Assembly: GCA_963816145.1 (NCBI GenBank)
Contig: CAWFJP010000012.1
Coordinates: 64,001 to 128,000 of the forward strand
DNA length: 64,000 nt
Direction of reading: 5' to 3'
From: an uncultured delta proteobacterium
GTDB taxonomy: Bacteria; Desulfobacterota; Binatia; UBA9968
Shown here: piece after piece, positions 20,195 to 30,043 of the stretch
Layout: the number at the start of each line of letters is the position of its first letter
Position numbering within the stretch: the first letter of the stretch is position 1
Position numbers and translations under genes: made by a program
The notes under the pieces: generated by a model
Database searches by the model: none
The model's input: only the letters and a program-made list of their open reading frames with translations
Told to the model about the DNA's origin: nothing

Positions 20195-21115
20195 CTACTT
20201 TGTCTCGGTGATTTCGACTTTGTGGTACTTCAGGTGGCGGTTGTACCAGTCGACCACATTGGTGGCGACATCGTCGAAATAGTCATTGTAAATGCCGTAG
20301 TGGGTGGTCTTCTTATAAAGCACCAGCTTCTTGGGCTCGCCCGCTGCTTCATAAAGATCGAAGGACTGTTTCTCGGGCGTTACGGCGTCGCCTTCGACCG
20401 TGATGAAAAGCACGCCGCGCGGCGAAATTTTGTGGACCACGTCGATGGGGCTGTATTCCAGGATTGCCTCGGCACAGGCTAGCGGCATAGCGTCGGGGAT
20501 TTTATCGGCAACGTCTTTTTTGATCGTGGTGGTCTGGCGCTCAGGGGTCTGCACCATGATGCCGCCTTCGCGGGCGCTGACGATGGCGCCCTTGCCGGTG
20601 GCGGCGCGTTGCTTGCGATCGGCGTCGATGGTTTTCAAGTAATCGACCCACTCGTACTCGCGGCGCATGGAATGGAGCCACTCGCGGCCGCTGCTGACGC
20701 CCAAATAGCTGACGCAGCATTTGACGCGCGCATCGATGGCGGCGACGTAGACGGCGTTGCCGCCGCCGGTGCCGCCGGAGCCGTAGGTGGCGAGCCGGTC
20801 GGGATCGATGTCCGGGCGGGTTTCCATGAAACTGAGCGCGCTGCGGATATCTTCCGCTTGCCATTTGGGCATGACCCAGCCGCGTTCGCTGCCCTCGCTA
20901 TCGCCCCAGCCGCGGTAATCGAAGCACAAACAGGCGTAACCGGCGGCGCAGAGCTTGTCGAACATCATGATGTAGTGCTTGGCATCTTTGAGGCCAAGAA
21001 AGCCCGGACCCTGAACGATGCCGGGGTAGGGCTTGCCCTGATTCGAGTCAGGCATATAGAGCACGCCGGCGAGCTTGATACCTTCGGAGTAAAAATTAAC
21101 CTTTTCAGTTCTCAT
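20195..21115 (-). CDS. Alpha/beta-fold hydrolase with atypical nucleophile elbow
   Basis: FDYRGWGDSEG; YGSGGTGGG where GxSxG is expected; D and H (TTHY) triad positions present. Confidence 0.8.
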   Translation of the reverse strand: MRTEKVNFYSEGIKLAGVLYMPDSNQGKPYPGIVQGPGFLGLKDAKHYIMMFDKLCAAGYACLCFDYRGWGDSEGSERGWVMPKWQAEDIRSALSFMETRPDIDPDRLATYGSGGTGGGNAVYVAAIDARVKCCVSYLGVSSGREWLHSMRREYEWVDYLKTIDADRKQRAATGKGAIVSAREGGIMVQTPERQTTTIKKDVADKIPDAMPLACAEAILEYSPIDVVHKISPRGVLFITVEGDAVTPEKQSFDLYEAAGEPKKLVLYKKTTHYGIYNDYFDDVATNVVDWYNRHLKYHKVEITETK

Positions 21116-21125
21116 AAAGTCTCCG

Positions 21126-21230
21126 TTCAATCACTGCGTTCCGTTCCAACCGTTCCAACCGTTCCAACCGTATCGGAGGTTCCGATTCCGACGGTTTGAA
21201 TGACTTGAACTGTTTGAACAGTTGGAACAA
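21126..21230. repeat. Palindrome built from 9-bp tandem units
   Basis: (gttccaacc)x3 ... ggtttgaat/gacttgaac/tgtttgaac/agttggaac; a related copy lies at 28315-28398. Confidence 0.8.
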
Positions 21231-21236
21231 CGAGCG

Positions 21237-22232
21237 CTATGCGCGAACAGCGGGCAGCACTTCTTGGCCCAGGTAGTCGATCTGCTGGTACCAGTCGGCG
21301 TAACGGAAGCGCAGGTCGAACACGATGTGATTCAAGCCGGCTTCTTCGTAGCGCTTGGTATCGCGGGCGATGTCCGCCGGGGTGCCGGCCATCAGCAACC
21401 CTTCGATATCTTCGACTGTCGAGAAGGTGCCGGACTTCGGTTTTACCCAGGTCTTTTTGCTTGGCGCGTTGCCTTCGTTGATCAAGCCCTTGGTGTTGAC
21501 CTTGCTCAGCGCGACATCGCGGTTCTTGTCGATGCTGGTGATCGGAATCGCACCGGTGGTGACCATCGGCCGACTGTTGGCTTTGCACTGCTCTTCGAAA
21601 TACTTGACCATCTTATTGAACGTCGCCGTAGGAATGCGTCCCGGCATCCAACCGTCGCAATATTCCGCTGCCCGGCGGCAAGACGCCGGCGTGCCGCCGC
21701 CGTACCAGATTGGGATCGGTTTTTTCGGCGTCGGTTTGAGCTCGACGTCTTTGAAATCGTAATAATCGTCGGTGTAGCTGATCTTTTCGCCGGCCCAGAA
21801 GCGGCGGCAGAGCTGGGCATTGATCTTCGCCATGTTGGCGCGGTCTTGGAGAGTTACTTTTTTGTAACCGGCGGCTTCGAATTCATGGGGGAAAGTGCCC
21901 AGTCCCAAGCCCATAATGATGTTCTCGCACATGGTGCTCAGGCCGGCCATGGACTGCGCCAGGTGAATCGGATGGCGATGGGAGATAACGGTGCCGGTGC
22001 CGAGAGTGAGTTTTTTGCAGACCGAGGATATCGCCGCAAGAACCAGCAAGCCCTCGATATGGGTATTGTCTTCGCCTTCCATGCCATGGGGTTCGAAAAC
22101 CAAGTGATCTCTGACCCAAACCGAGTCAAATCCGTAGGCCTCGGCCTTTTTCGACCCCTCGATGCACAGTTCGGTGGAACCATATTCGCAAAAATGCGGC
22201 AGCAATAAACCAAATTTCAGCTTTGTCGCCAT
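21237..22232 (-). CDS. LLM class flavin-dependent oxidoreductase
   Basis: AEAYGFDSVWVRDH and PIPIWYGG...RRAAEYCDGW motifs. Confidence 0.9.
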   Translation of the reverse strand: MATKLKFGLLLPHFCEYGSTELCIEGSKKAEAYGFDSVWVRDHLVFEPHGMEGEDNTHIEGLLVLAAISSVCKKLTLGTGTVISHRHPIHLAQSMAGLSTMCENIIMGLGLGTFPHEFEAAGYKKVTLQDRANMAKINAQLCRRFWAGEKISYTDDYYDFKDVELKPTPKKPIPIWYGGGTPASCRRAAEYCDGWMPGRIPTATFNKMVKYFEEQCKANSRPMVTTGAIPITSIDKNRDVALSKVNTKGLINEGNAPSKKTWVKPKSGTFSTVEDIEGLLMAGTPADIARDTKRYEEAGLNHIVFDLRFRYADWYQQIDYLGQEVLPAVRA

Positions 22233-22398
22233 TCGTCCATCTCCTTGTGATTAATAATGATTTAGTTTTGAAGCAAAATTCTTATCACATTTTTCTTGGC
22301 AAAGTCCATGAGTGTAGCTGCAATGGAGCCCGCTTCGATTTGACGGGGGATTGCCTCAACGCCGCCGATTCCAGCGGCTTCGACAACCCGAGTGAGAC

Positions 22399-23395
22399 TT
22401 AACCTTTGGCCAATGCCTTGATGAAACCGCTTTGCTCGATCTCGCGAATCAGATCGGTGCGGATGAAGCTGTCGTAGTCGGTGGTGCGCGCCTTGGGGTC
22501 TTTGATCTGGTCGAGGACGGTTTTGACTTCTTCCCCCGACGGTGTCGGCACCAGACGGAAATAGCGCTGGGTAAACAGCTCGTAGGTTTCGTCGAGTACG
22601 GCTGGCTCGTCCATCTTGGTATATTTTTTCAGCACACGGATGGTGAAGTCTTTGTTGCGCATCAAGCTATGGGTCGACTCGATGATCGCTTTGAGGAAAT
22701 TGATGACGATGGGGCGATGGGTTTTGATGTACGCTTCGGTGGCCATGTAGGAGAGGCCGGGATATTGAATCCCGAGATTGCCCAAATCCATCAATTCTTT
22801 GAAGCCCAAGTGCTTGGCTTTGGTCAGCGCCGGCGAGGACAAGCGCGCCACCATGGATGGCGCCGCTCTGCATGGCGGCCAAGATTTCCGGCAGGCCGCC
22901 CAATTGCAGGATGGTGACATCTTTTTCCGGCTCTAGATTAATCTTCTGCAAATATTTGCGCACGCCGAAATCGCTGAGCGCGCCGAAGCGGGTGACGCCG
23001 AGCTTTTTACCTTTCAACTCCAGCGGCGAGCGCAGGTCGGGATGGACCATCAAGCTTTGCGGCGTAGTATTGAGCAGCGTGGCGAACATGACGGTATCGG
23101 CGCCGCCAACCTTCGCCAAGATACTACCGGTGCCGGCGCCTTGTGTGATTTGAGTTTCGTTGGCGATGGTCGTCGACATGGCGCGCGGCCCGCCGCCGAT
23201 GTAGATCAATCCGACATCGAGGCCATGTTTATTGAAGATGCCAGCGTCCACGGCGACCCAGGTCGACAACGACGCCGCGCCGATGGAGGAATAGCTAACG
23301 CGAATGCGCGTGAGATCTTTGCTCTGGGCAGAGCCGAGGATAGTGTTAGACAGGAGGTAAAGCGCGACCGCGAAGAAACCTAAGGTTTGGCTCAT
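22399..23395 (-). CDS. ABC substrate-binding protein (NMT1-like); one +1 frameshift near 22843
   Basis: ORFs 22667..23395 and 22399..22920 join as AAMQSGAIHGGA-LSSPALT after removing one base. Confidence 0.8.
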
Positions 23396-23474
23396 GGCAA
23401 TTCCTCCACTGGGTTTCGTATATCACCCATGCCTGCCACCAAGCAAAGCCCATTTCATTACAGGATTTGGCACA

Positions 23475-23615
23475 TCTCACGCGAAGGCCAAGAACGCCAA
23501 ATCCGTAATTCTTGTCATTTCGACCAAAGGGAGAAATCTGTCGCTGGATCCGTCCGTTGCGTTCGCGATGACGGGCGTCGGTCTGCCACCTTTGCGCCTT
23601 CGTGCCTGCGCGAGA
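23475..23615. repeat. Nested repeats: a GCGAAG/GCAAAG-type palindrome enclosing a gtcatttcgac...gatgac REP doublet
   Basis: Outer arms tctcacgcgaaggcc / ccttcgtgcctgcgcgaga; inner gtcatttcgaccaaagggagaaatct...gcgatgac. Confidence 0.7.
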
Positions 23616-23677
23616 GACGATCCGTTTCCGAACGGTGCGCGCAGCACACCCAACGGAATCCCTCGTGTGTTTCGTGC

Positions 23678-23872
23678 CTCCATGGAAATTACATATGGCG
23701 GATATTCTGCGAAACGAAGAAATCTTCTTGGTCCGTCATACCGGCGAAAGCCGGTATCCATCCCCACCCTCCCCTGGATGCCGGCCTCCGCCGGCATGAC
23801 GACGCGATAAAAGGGCCCGTGGAGGGGGCGGCGGAATTTCATACTGTGCAGACGACCGTAAGCTCATGAACA
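23678..23872 (-). mobile_element. ~200-bp TIR-less mini-element, copy 2
   Basis: ttcgtgc[CT ... catgaaca]CTtcgtggtga; removing it restores the repeat arm. Confidence 0.78.
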
Positions 23873-23954
23873 CTTCGTGGTGAGAACTCAGTTCCCAGCA
23901 TTGACACAACTTGACTGTGGGAAGTAAGTTCGCCCAGAATCATGGAGGTAGTTT

Positions 23955-25007
23955 ATGGCCGGGCCGCAGAAAGAGTTTGAAGTCCATCCCTATGTCCAGT
24001 TCATGACGGACAAATACAGTCCATACAAAAATTGGATCAAATCCGAGGGGGTGCCGATCATCACCGGTGAATTCGTCCAGGACGTGCGCACCGAACCGCT
24101 GGGCTATTGGCAGCGCAAGGATTGCAAAGGCGCGATCTGCACGTTCTCCGATCAGATGGTGGCGGACGGTTATATTTGCGAGATCGATCCGGGAAAAAAT
24201 TCTAAACCGCAGCGCCAGCTCTACGAGGAGATCATCACCGTCGCCGCCGGGCGCGGCGCGACCTCGGTGTGGTATGACGGCACGGCCAAGCGCACCTTTG
24301 AATGGGAGCGCGGCAGCACCTTCGCGATACCGTTAAATTCTTGGCACCAGCATTTCAACGCCAGCGGCACCGAGCCCTGCCGTTACTTCGCCCTGACCAG
24401 CCAGCCGGTGGCGTTCGAGCTCTACCGCGACCCGGAGTTTATCTACAACACCATTTACCAGTTCAAAGACCGCTTCGATCCCGGCGATGCCGAGTTTTTT
24501 TCCAAAGAGGGGAAATACTTCACCGAATATTACGGCGGCATCTTGCATTCCAACTTCATCCCCGACATACGCAAAATTAATCTGGTCGCGCGCGAAAAGC
24601 GCGGCAAAGGCACGCGCAACATGTACATCCACATGTCAGGGGGCTCCATGCTCGCCCATGTATCGGAATTTCCCGTCGGCCGTTACAAGAAGGCGCACCG
24701 CCATGGCCCCGGCGCCCATGTGTTTCTGCTCGACTCCACCGGCTACACGCTGATGTGGCAGGAGGGCGAAAAGCCGCAGCGCTACGATTGGCATGAAGGC
24801 ACGGTGATCTCGCCGCCGGCGGGCTCCTGGCATCAACACTACAACACTGGCAATCAGCCCTGTAAGTTCGTCGCGCTGCATGCCAATACCGCGGTTCAGG
24901 GCGAAGAGCGCGGCGTCGAACAGATCGAGTTCGAGGAAGGCGACGAGTGGATGCGCCAAATGTTCGCCGACGAGTGCGCTAAGAATGGCGTCAAGGTGGA
25001 TATGTAG
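23955..25007 (+). CDS. Bicupin protein (gentisate-dioxygenase-like fold)
   Basis: Two cupin repeats: PLNSWHQHFN and KAHRHGPGAH...PPAGSWHQHYN. Confidence 0.85.
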   Translation: MAGPQKEFEVHPYVQFMTDKYSPYKNWIKSEGVPIITGEFVQDVRTEPLGYWQRKDCKGAICTFSDQMVADGYICEIDPGKNSKPQRQLYEEIITVAAGRGATSVWYDGTAKRTFEWERGSTFAIPLNSWHQHFNASGTEPCRYFALTSQPVAFELYRDPEFIYNTIYQFKDRFDPGDAEFFSKEGKYFTEYYGGILHSNFIPDIRKINLVAREKRGKGTRNMYIHMSGGSMLAHVSEFPVGRYKKAHRHGPGAHVFLLDSTGYTLMWQEGEKPQRYDWHEGTVISPPAGSWHQHYNTGNQPCKFVALHANTAVQGEERGVEQIEFEEGDEWMRQMFADECAKNGVKVDM

Positions 25008-25233
25008 GGCGCACGGAGTGCGGCCAATGGATAATGGATAATGAATAATTGAGAATGGAAAATTACCGAAGATAGCCGCGCGCGAGGGAAGACAATTGTA
25101 TGATATCCAGCGAGAGACTGCAGGCCAACAGTCGACGACGGCAAAGGATTTCTTAAATACCAAAAACTGTGGCGGGAGATTTTTCAGATCCGGTAAATGG
25201 CGGCCGCTGGTTCAACGCCAATTTTCGGACCAG

Positions 25234-26229
25234 TTAATAGGGCAGCCGCGTGCCAATGCTCTTCTCTATGGCGCTGCGGTAAATGTGGTCGGCCATGGCG
25301 ATGTCTTGGTTTACCAAGCCGATGGCGCGGATGAAAATCCGTTCCTGCTCCGACTGACGGCCGGGTATCTTGCCGGCGAGCAACTCGGGGAGTTCGGCGT
25401 AGAGATCTTTTTCGCTCAAATAATTCTCTTTCAACATGCGCTGCATGTCTGATTTGTTCTTGCAGTGTGCCCAGCTGTCGACGACGAATTTGTCGGCGTT
25501 CTTGTAGACTGAGCTTTCAACTTCTTGGTGCTTGCCGATGGAATAGACGGTGACGCCTGGCCCGAGCCAGGACTCTTTGACGAACGGCGTTGATGTTGTC
25601 GTCGCCGAGATCACGACATCAGCGCCGCTGAGTGCCTCTTCGGTGGATTCCACCGGGATGATGTTCAATCCGTATTCCGCACCCACTTCCTTGGCGTAGT
25701 TCTGGCGCGACTCGGGCGTGCGCGAAGTGACGCGGATTTCTTTCAAGTTAAATGCCCGAGCCATTACCGGCACGGCGGCGCGGGCGGTGTCGCCGGCGCC
25801 GAGCATCGCCATTACGGTTGAACCTTTGCGCGCGAGCGCACGCATGGCGACCGCCGCGGCCGCGGCGGTGCGCACGGCGTGGCACCAGTCTTCGTCCATG
25901 AATGCGAGGATCTCGCCGCCTTCGAGATCGCTGAGGATGAGCACTCTTCTCGGTCCGCGCGGCGGGCGCGAGACATCACGGCTTCCACCGGCGGCTTTGA
26001 TCGAACGAATGCGAAAGCCGGCGACCGGCGTAGTCTTCAACGCGCAGCCGGTGACCCAGGACTGCCAGCCTTGCTCGGGTTTGATCGCGAAATCTTCCGG
26101 CGTCGACCAGATGACCCGCCCTTCGCTGTGATCGCGCAGCGCCTGCTCGGTGATCTCAATGGCCCGGCCGAGGTCGAGAACTTTTTTAACGTCGTTATTG
26201 GAAAGGTAGAGGATGCCGTTGGAGTCCAT
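25234..26229 (-). CDS. Ornithine cyclodeaminase / mu-crystallin family protein
   Basis: VRTAAAAA, LGAGDTA, ADVVISAT and GRQSEQERI motifs. Confidence 0.88.
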   Translation of the reverse strand: MDSNGILYLSNNDVKKVLDLGRAIEITEQALRDHSEGRVIWSTPEDFAIKPEQGWQSWVTGCALKTTPVAGFRIRSIKAAGGSRDVSRPPRGPRRVLILSDLEGGEILAFMDEDWCHAVRTAAAAAVAMRALARKGSTVMAMLGAGDTARAAVPVMARAFNLKEIRVTSRTPESRQNYAKEVGAEYGLNIIPVESTEEALSGADVVISATTTSTPFVKESWLGPGVTVYSIGKHQEVESSVYKNADKFVVDSWAHCKNKSDMQRMLKENYLSEKDLYAELPELLAGKIPGRQSEQERIFIRAIGLVNQDIAMADHIYRSAIEKSIGTRLPY

Positions 26230-26297
26230 GAGAGTCGTCCTAGATGATTCTCCCGCAAAGGCACAAAGGCGCGAAGTCGGAGAAATACTTTTTCTCG

Positions 26298-27434
26298 TTA
26301 GTTGATCACATCCAACCTGCGGCAGCCGATGGTTAAAAACTCTTGGCCCTTATCCGTTATCAGTACATCTTCCTCGAGATGGACCGCGCTCTTCCCCGAG
26401 CGCACTTTCGGTTCCAGGGCGAGCACCATGCCGGGACGGTAGGTCTCGGTCTCGACTTCATTCAATGACGGCGGCTCCGCGCGCGACATGCCGATGCCGT
26501 GGCCGATGCGCTTGGGGCTGTCGACTGCTTGGTAGCCGCGCTTGATCAATTCGCGGTTGGCCACGCGAGAGACCTCGGCGAGCGGCGTGCCGACTTTCAT
26601 CGATTCGAAGCAAAGCTGAATGACGTCGCAGGCGGTTTCGTGGTCCTTCCTATGTTCGGCGGTAGGCTCGCCGAAGATCGCCATTCTGGTGATGTCGCCG
26701 TAGTAGCCTTCGTAGCAGGCGCCGAAGTCGGCGATCATGCGGTCGCCTTTTTCATAACGCCGGTCGTCGTAGCGGGTCGACGAGTTCAACATGAGAAATC
26801 CCGGATGACGCGGATGGGCGCCTTCTTCGATCATCGAGATATAGAGACGGTCGGCGACTTCGCGGCGGGTCATGCCGGGCTTCAGCTGCGGCAGGCAGCG
26901 GTCGTAGGCTTTGACGGAAATCTCGCAAGCTTTGCGCAGGAAGTCTAGTTCCCGCGGGCTTTTGATGACGCGCATTTCGTTCAATGCCGCGCTGCCGTCT
27001 TTGATTTGCGCTTTGGGCAGCGCTTCGGTCAGTCCGGATAAATAATTCACCGGGATACCCAGGCGCTGATCGTCGCCTAACTCGAAGCCCAGTTTACTTT
27101 CGCCTAACTCCATTTCCTTGATGCTCGCTGCGATCATCTCCTGCGGAAACGGCACGTCGGTGTAAGACCTCACTTCGCCGACCCAGGGCAACGCCTTGGC
27201 CTTGGCTTTGTCGTTGCCGTAGACGAGCAAGAGCGGTTTGCCGGTCTTGGGGAGAATACAAATTTGCGGTCGTTGAATATGGTCCAGCTGGTAGCTGATC
27301 AGGCCGCTGAAGTACCAGTAGTTGTTCTTTTCGGAAACCACCAGGGCATCGAGGCCGTCGCGCTCCATGAGCGCTTGGGCGCGGGTATAGCGATCGAAAT
27401 ATTCCTGATCGACGAAGGGGGATTCGGTGGCCAT
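26298..27434 (-). CDS. M24 (Xaa-Pro peptidase-like) family protein
   Basis: RVIKSPRE, DFGACYEGYYGDITR, GHGIG, LEP and LEED metal-ligand motifs. Confidence 0.9.
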   Translation of the reverse strand: MATESPFVDQEYFDRYTRAQALMERDGLDALVVSEKNNYWYFSGLISYQLDHIQRPQICILPKTGKPLLLVYGNDKAKAKALPWVGEVRSYTDVPFPQEMIAASIKEMELGESKLGFELGDDQRLGIPVNYLSGLTEALPKAQIKDGSAALNEMRVIKSPRELDFLRKACEISVKAYDRCLPQLKPGMTRREVADRLYISMIEEGAHPRHPGFLMLNSSTRYDDRRYEKGDRMIADFGACYEGYYGDITRMAIFGEPTAEHRKDHETACDVIQLCFESMKVGTPLAEVSRVANRELIKRGYQAVDSPKRIGHGIGMSRAEPPSLNEVETETYRPGMVLALEPKVRSGKSAVHLEEDVLITDKGQEFLTIGCRRLDVIN

Positions 27435-27485
27435 GAGAGTCTCCTACTGATGGTCGGTCCTGCCAGGTTTATGGTGGAGAGGATT

Positions 27486-27567
27486 TTACCACGAAGGACA
27501 CGAAGAGCACGAAGTTCGGAAAATATATTGGCTAATCCCTTCGTGTCCTTCGTGATCTTCGTGGTGA
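27486..27567. repeat. Palindromic repeat, CACCACGAAG family
   Basis: ttaccacgaaggacacgaagagcacgaag ... cttcgtgtccttcgtgatcttcgtggtga. Confidence 0.85.
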
Positions 27568-27574
27568 GTCTCTC

Positions 27575-28282
27575 TTAGCTCGCCAGCGCTTTGCGGCCTT
27601 CCATTCGTTTGATTTTGCCGACGTAGTCGAGGGCTTCGGATAGCTGAATGACGCTGGCGTACTTTGCGTTCATCTCGAACAAATTGACCAGGTGCGAGGT
27701 GCGTGAGCGGTCGAAGATGCATTCCTCCACGGGGAATACCGGGTAGCCGTAGGAGTAGCCGTCGAGCACGGTGCCGCGCACACAGCCGCAGGTGCTGGTG
27801 CCGGCGATGAGCAAAGTGTCGATGTTTTTGCGCACCAAATAGGTGATCAAATGGGTGCCGAAGAAGGCGCTGGCGCGGGCCTTGCGCACGATGAATTCGT
27901 CGTCGCGCGGTTTGATCATGTCGGGGAATTCGACGGCGAGTTTTTCGAAGTCGGTCTTGTCGACGCCGCGTTTGGTGGCGTTGCCGAAGGCTGCTTTGAA
28001 ATCGGGATCGGAGGTGGAGTAGATCACCGGAATCTTGGCGTCCCGGCAGGCGTGGAGCAATCCCTTGATTTTCGGCAGCGCGTCCCAGGCGACTTGGCCG
28101 CAGCTGGTGGGAAACTCATCGATCGCTTCCATGACCGGCATCGGCTTGGTGCCGGTGAAGCCGGTGATGACGTCGATGATAATCAGCGCCGGATTGACGC
28201 CGAACTTTTCTTTGCCTTTGTAGCCGGCCTTTTCATAAATCTTTCGCTCTTCTTCGGGGACAATCGCTTCCCAGTCGCGCAT
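27575..28282 (-). CDS. Isochorismatase-family cysteine hydrolase (N-carbamoylsarcosine/maleamate amidase-like)
   Basis: PALIIID, KARASAFFGT and GTSTCGCVRGT (D-K-C triad). Confidence 0.88.
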   Translation of the reverse strand: MRDWEAIVPEEERKIYEKAGYKGKEKFGVNPALIIIDVITGFTGTKPMPVMEAIDEFPTSCGQVAWDALPKIKGLLHACRDAKIPVIYSTSDPDFKAAFGNATKRGVDKTDFEKLAVEFPDMIKPRDDEFIVRKARASAFFGTHLITYLVRKNIDTLLIAGTSTCGCVRGTVLDGYSYGYPVFPVEECIFDRSRTSHLVNLFEMNAKYASVIQLSEALDYVGKIKRMEGRKALAS

Positions 28283-28407
28283 AACTTAACCTCCGATGTC
28301 ACACTAAAGTTAAAGGTTCCAGTCGTTCCAGCAGTTCCAATTGTATCGACTCATTTGAAACTGAGCGCAGCGGTGAAACGGTTGGAACTATTGGAACCTC
28401 GCATTAG

Positions 28408-29475
28408 TCATGGTGAAAACAGTTTGTCGCCGCGCTGGGTCATGAACAGTTCCAGCGGCAGTTCGGTGCCGATGCCTTTTTCTCTGGCTTTGTCGTACAT
28501 CTTTCTCGCGGTGACCGCGAACTGGATGCCCATGCCGGTGTTGTTTTTGAAAAAGGTGATCTCTTTGTCGCTTTGGCGGCCGCGGCAGTTGCCGTTCACT
28601 AAGTCGCCGAGCTCATGGAGGTCTTCGGCTTTGACCAAGCCACGCTCCAAGCGATCGTGAAATTCGGCCTGCTTGTCGAGAAAGATTTGCTGCTTGTAGC
28701 CGACGACGATGAGATTGGCTTTCATTACCGCTTCGTCGTCGAGCTCTTTTCTCGGCAAGAAGCCGTCGCCACCGACGATGCTGTTGAGATGCATGCCGGG
28801 TTCGACCCATTTACCGAGAATCACCGGATCGACGGTGTTGGTTGCCGCCGTGACGATGTCGCTGCCGCGAATCGCCTCCTCGGCGGAATTGGTCGGCAAG
28901 ACTTCGATGCCGGTCTCTGCGCTTACTTCCTTGGCGAACTTCTCGCGGTTCGCCTTGGTCGGGCTGTAGACTTTGACCCGGGTCAGCTGGCGCACGCAGG
29001 CATGGGCGGTGACTTGGGTTTTGGCTTGTTCGCCGGAGCCCAACAGCGCCATCACTTTGGCGTCTTTGCGAGCCAGTAAGTTGCTCGCCACCGCGCTGGT
29101 GGCGCCGACGCGCATGGCCGAGATGTAATGATCGTCCATGATCGCCAAGATATTGCAGGTGTCCATATCGAAGAGCATCACCAGGCCGATGAAATCGCCG
29201 GGATAAACGCGCCGTTTGCTGCCTTCGACTTGGATTTCTTTCGAAAAGCTCGAGTCGATGCGCAGCGCCATCGACTTCATGCCCGGCACCAGCCCCATGA
29301 TGTTGTTGAAATAGTACTGGCCGCCTTCCTCTTTCCAGGGCGTGCGCAGACGGGCGCGCGGCGCGAGCATGGCTTTGCCCTGACCCAACTCGCGAAAAGC
29401 CAGCTCGATGGCGTCGATCTCCTCAGACATCGGCAGCAAGTTTTCCATCTGATGGTTTTTGAGGACGAGTACCAT
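28408..29475 (-). CDS. Ornithine cyclodeaminase / mu-crystallin family protein
   Basis: MRVGATSA, LGSGEQA and FKNNTGMGIQF motifs. Confidence 0.88.
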   Translation of the reverse strand: MVLVLKNHQMENLLPMSEEIDAIELAFRELGQGKAMLAPRARLRTPWKEEGGQYYFNNIMGLVPGMKSMALRIDSSFSKEIQVEGSKRRVYPGDFIGLVMLFDMDTCNILAIMDDHYISAMRVGATSAVASNLLARKDAKVMALLGSGEQAKTQVTAHACVRQLTRVKVYSPTKANREKFAKEVSAETGIEVLPTNSAEEAIRGSDIVTAATNTVDPVILGKWVEPGMHLNSIVGGDGFLPRKELDDEAVMKANLIVVGYKQQIFLDKQAEFHDRLERGLVKAEDLHELGDLVNGNCRGRQSDKEITFFKNNTGMGIQFAVTARKMYDKAREKGIGTELPLELFMTQRGDKLFSP

Positions 29476-29552
29476 GAAGTTCTCCTTAGATACTCTGCGT
29501 ACAACAGAGCTTGAAGTGGAGTCAAGACGGCGGAGAAAGTAAATCCAGTGTA

Positions 29553-29589
29553 GAAAAACGAAGGGCTGAGAAACTTTTCTCAGCCCTTC
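29553..29589 (-). terminator. Rho-independent terminator of the ferredoxin gene
   Basis: gaagggctgagaaa/tttctcagcccttc inverted repeat followed by a T-run on the minus strand. Confidence 0.85.
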
Positions 29590-29619
29590 ATGAAACGGCG
29601 CGAAGCAGGCGGTTAGTGA

Positions 29620-29892
29620 TTAGCCTTTCTTGGCTTTGTACCAGTCAGCGTCGATTTTGATAAAGTGTTTCCACTTATCTGGAACCGCCGCTTCCTCAAA
29701 GATCGCCTCCACGGGGCAGACCGGCTCGCAAGCCCCACAGTCGATGCACTCCTCGGGATCGATATAGAGCTTATTTTCTTTCTCGAATTCCTCAGCCTCA
29801 TTTTTTGTCGGATGAATGCAATCCACCGGACAGACATCCACACAGGCCGTGTCTTTGGTATCGATACAGGGTTCAGCAATAATGTAGGCCAT
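29620..29892 (-). CDS. Dicluster (7Fe-type) ferredoxin
   Basis: [19 protein letters not shown] and [12 protein letters not shown] motifs. Confidence 0.93.
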   Translation of the reverse strand: MAYIIAEPCIDTKDTACVDVCPVDCIHPTKNEAEEFEKENKLYIDPEECIDCGACEPVCPVEAIFEEAAVPDKWKHFIKIDADWYKAKKG

Positions 29893-30043
29893 CTATTCCT
29901 CCTAGATTCGAACTCCAACTTAGTTAACAAATCGACTCTCGCATGTCAATTTATCGGGATGTCCGACGCGTTAAGGTCGCCGCCTTGACCCCCTCGAGCG
30001 CTCGATGTTAGATGCAAGTTACTCCAGATTGGCGGGAAATATC

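Noticed and set aside
23387-23869. ORFs containing HHEGHE / VIPAKAGI / CHFDQREKS peptides (also at 4966, 14144, 45776)
   Set aside because: These are translations of the palindromic repeat elements, not genes.
4989-27567. CRISPR array or tRNA from the palindromic repeats
   Set aside because: Copies are dispersed, with no repeat-spacer periodicity, no cas genes and no cloverleaf motifs.
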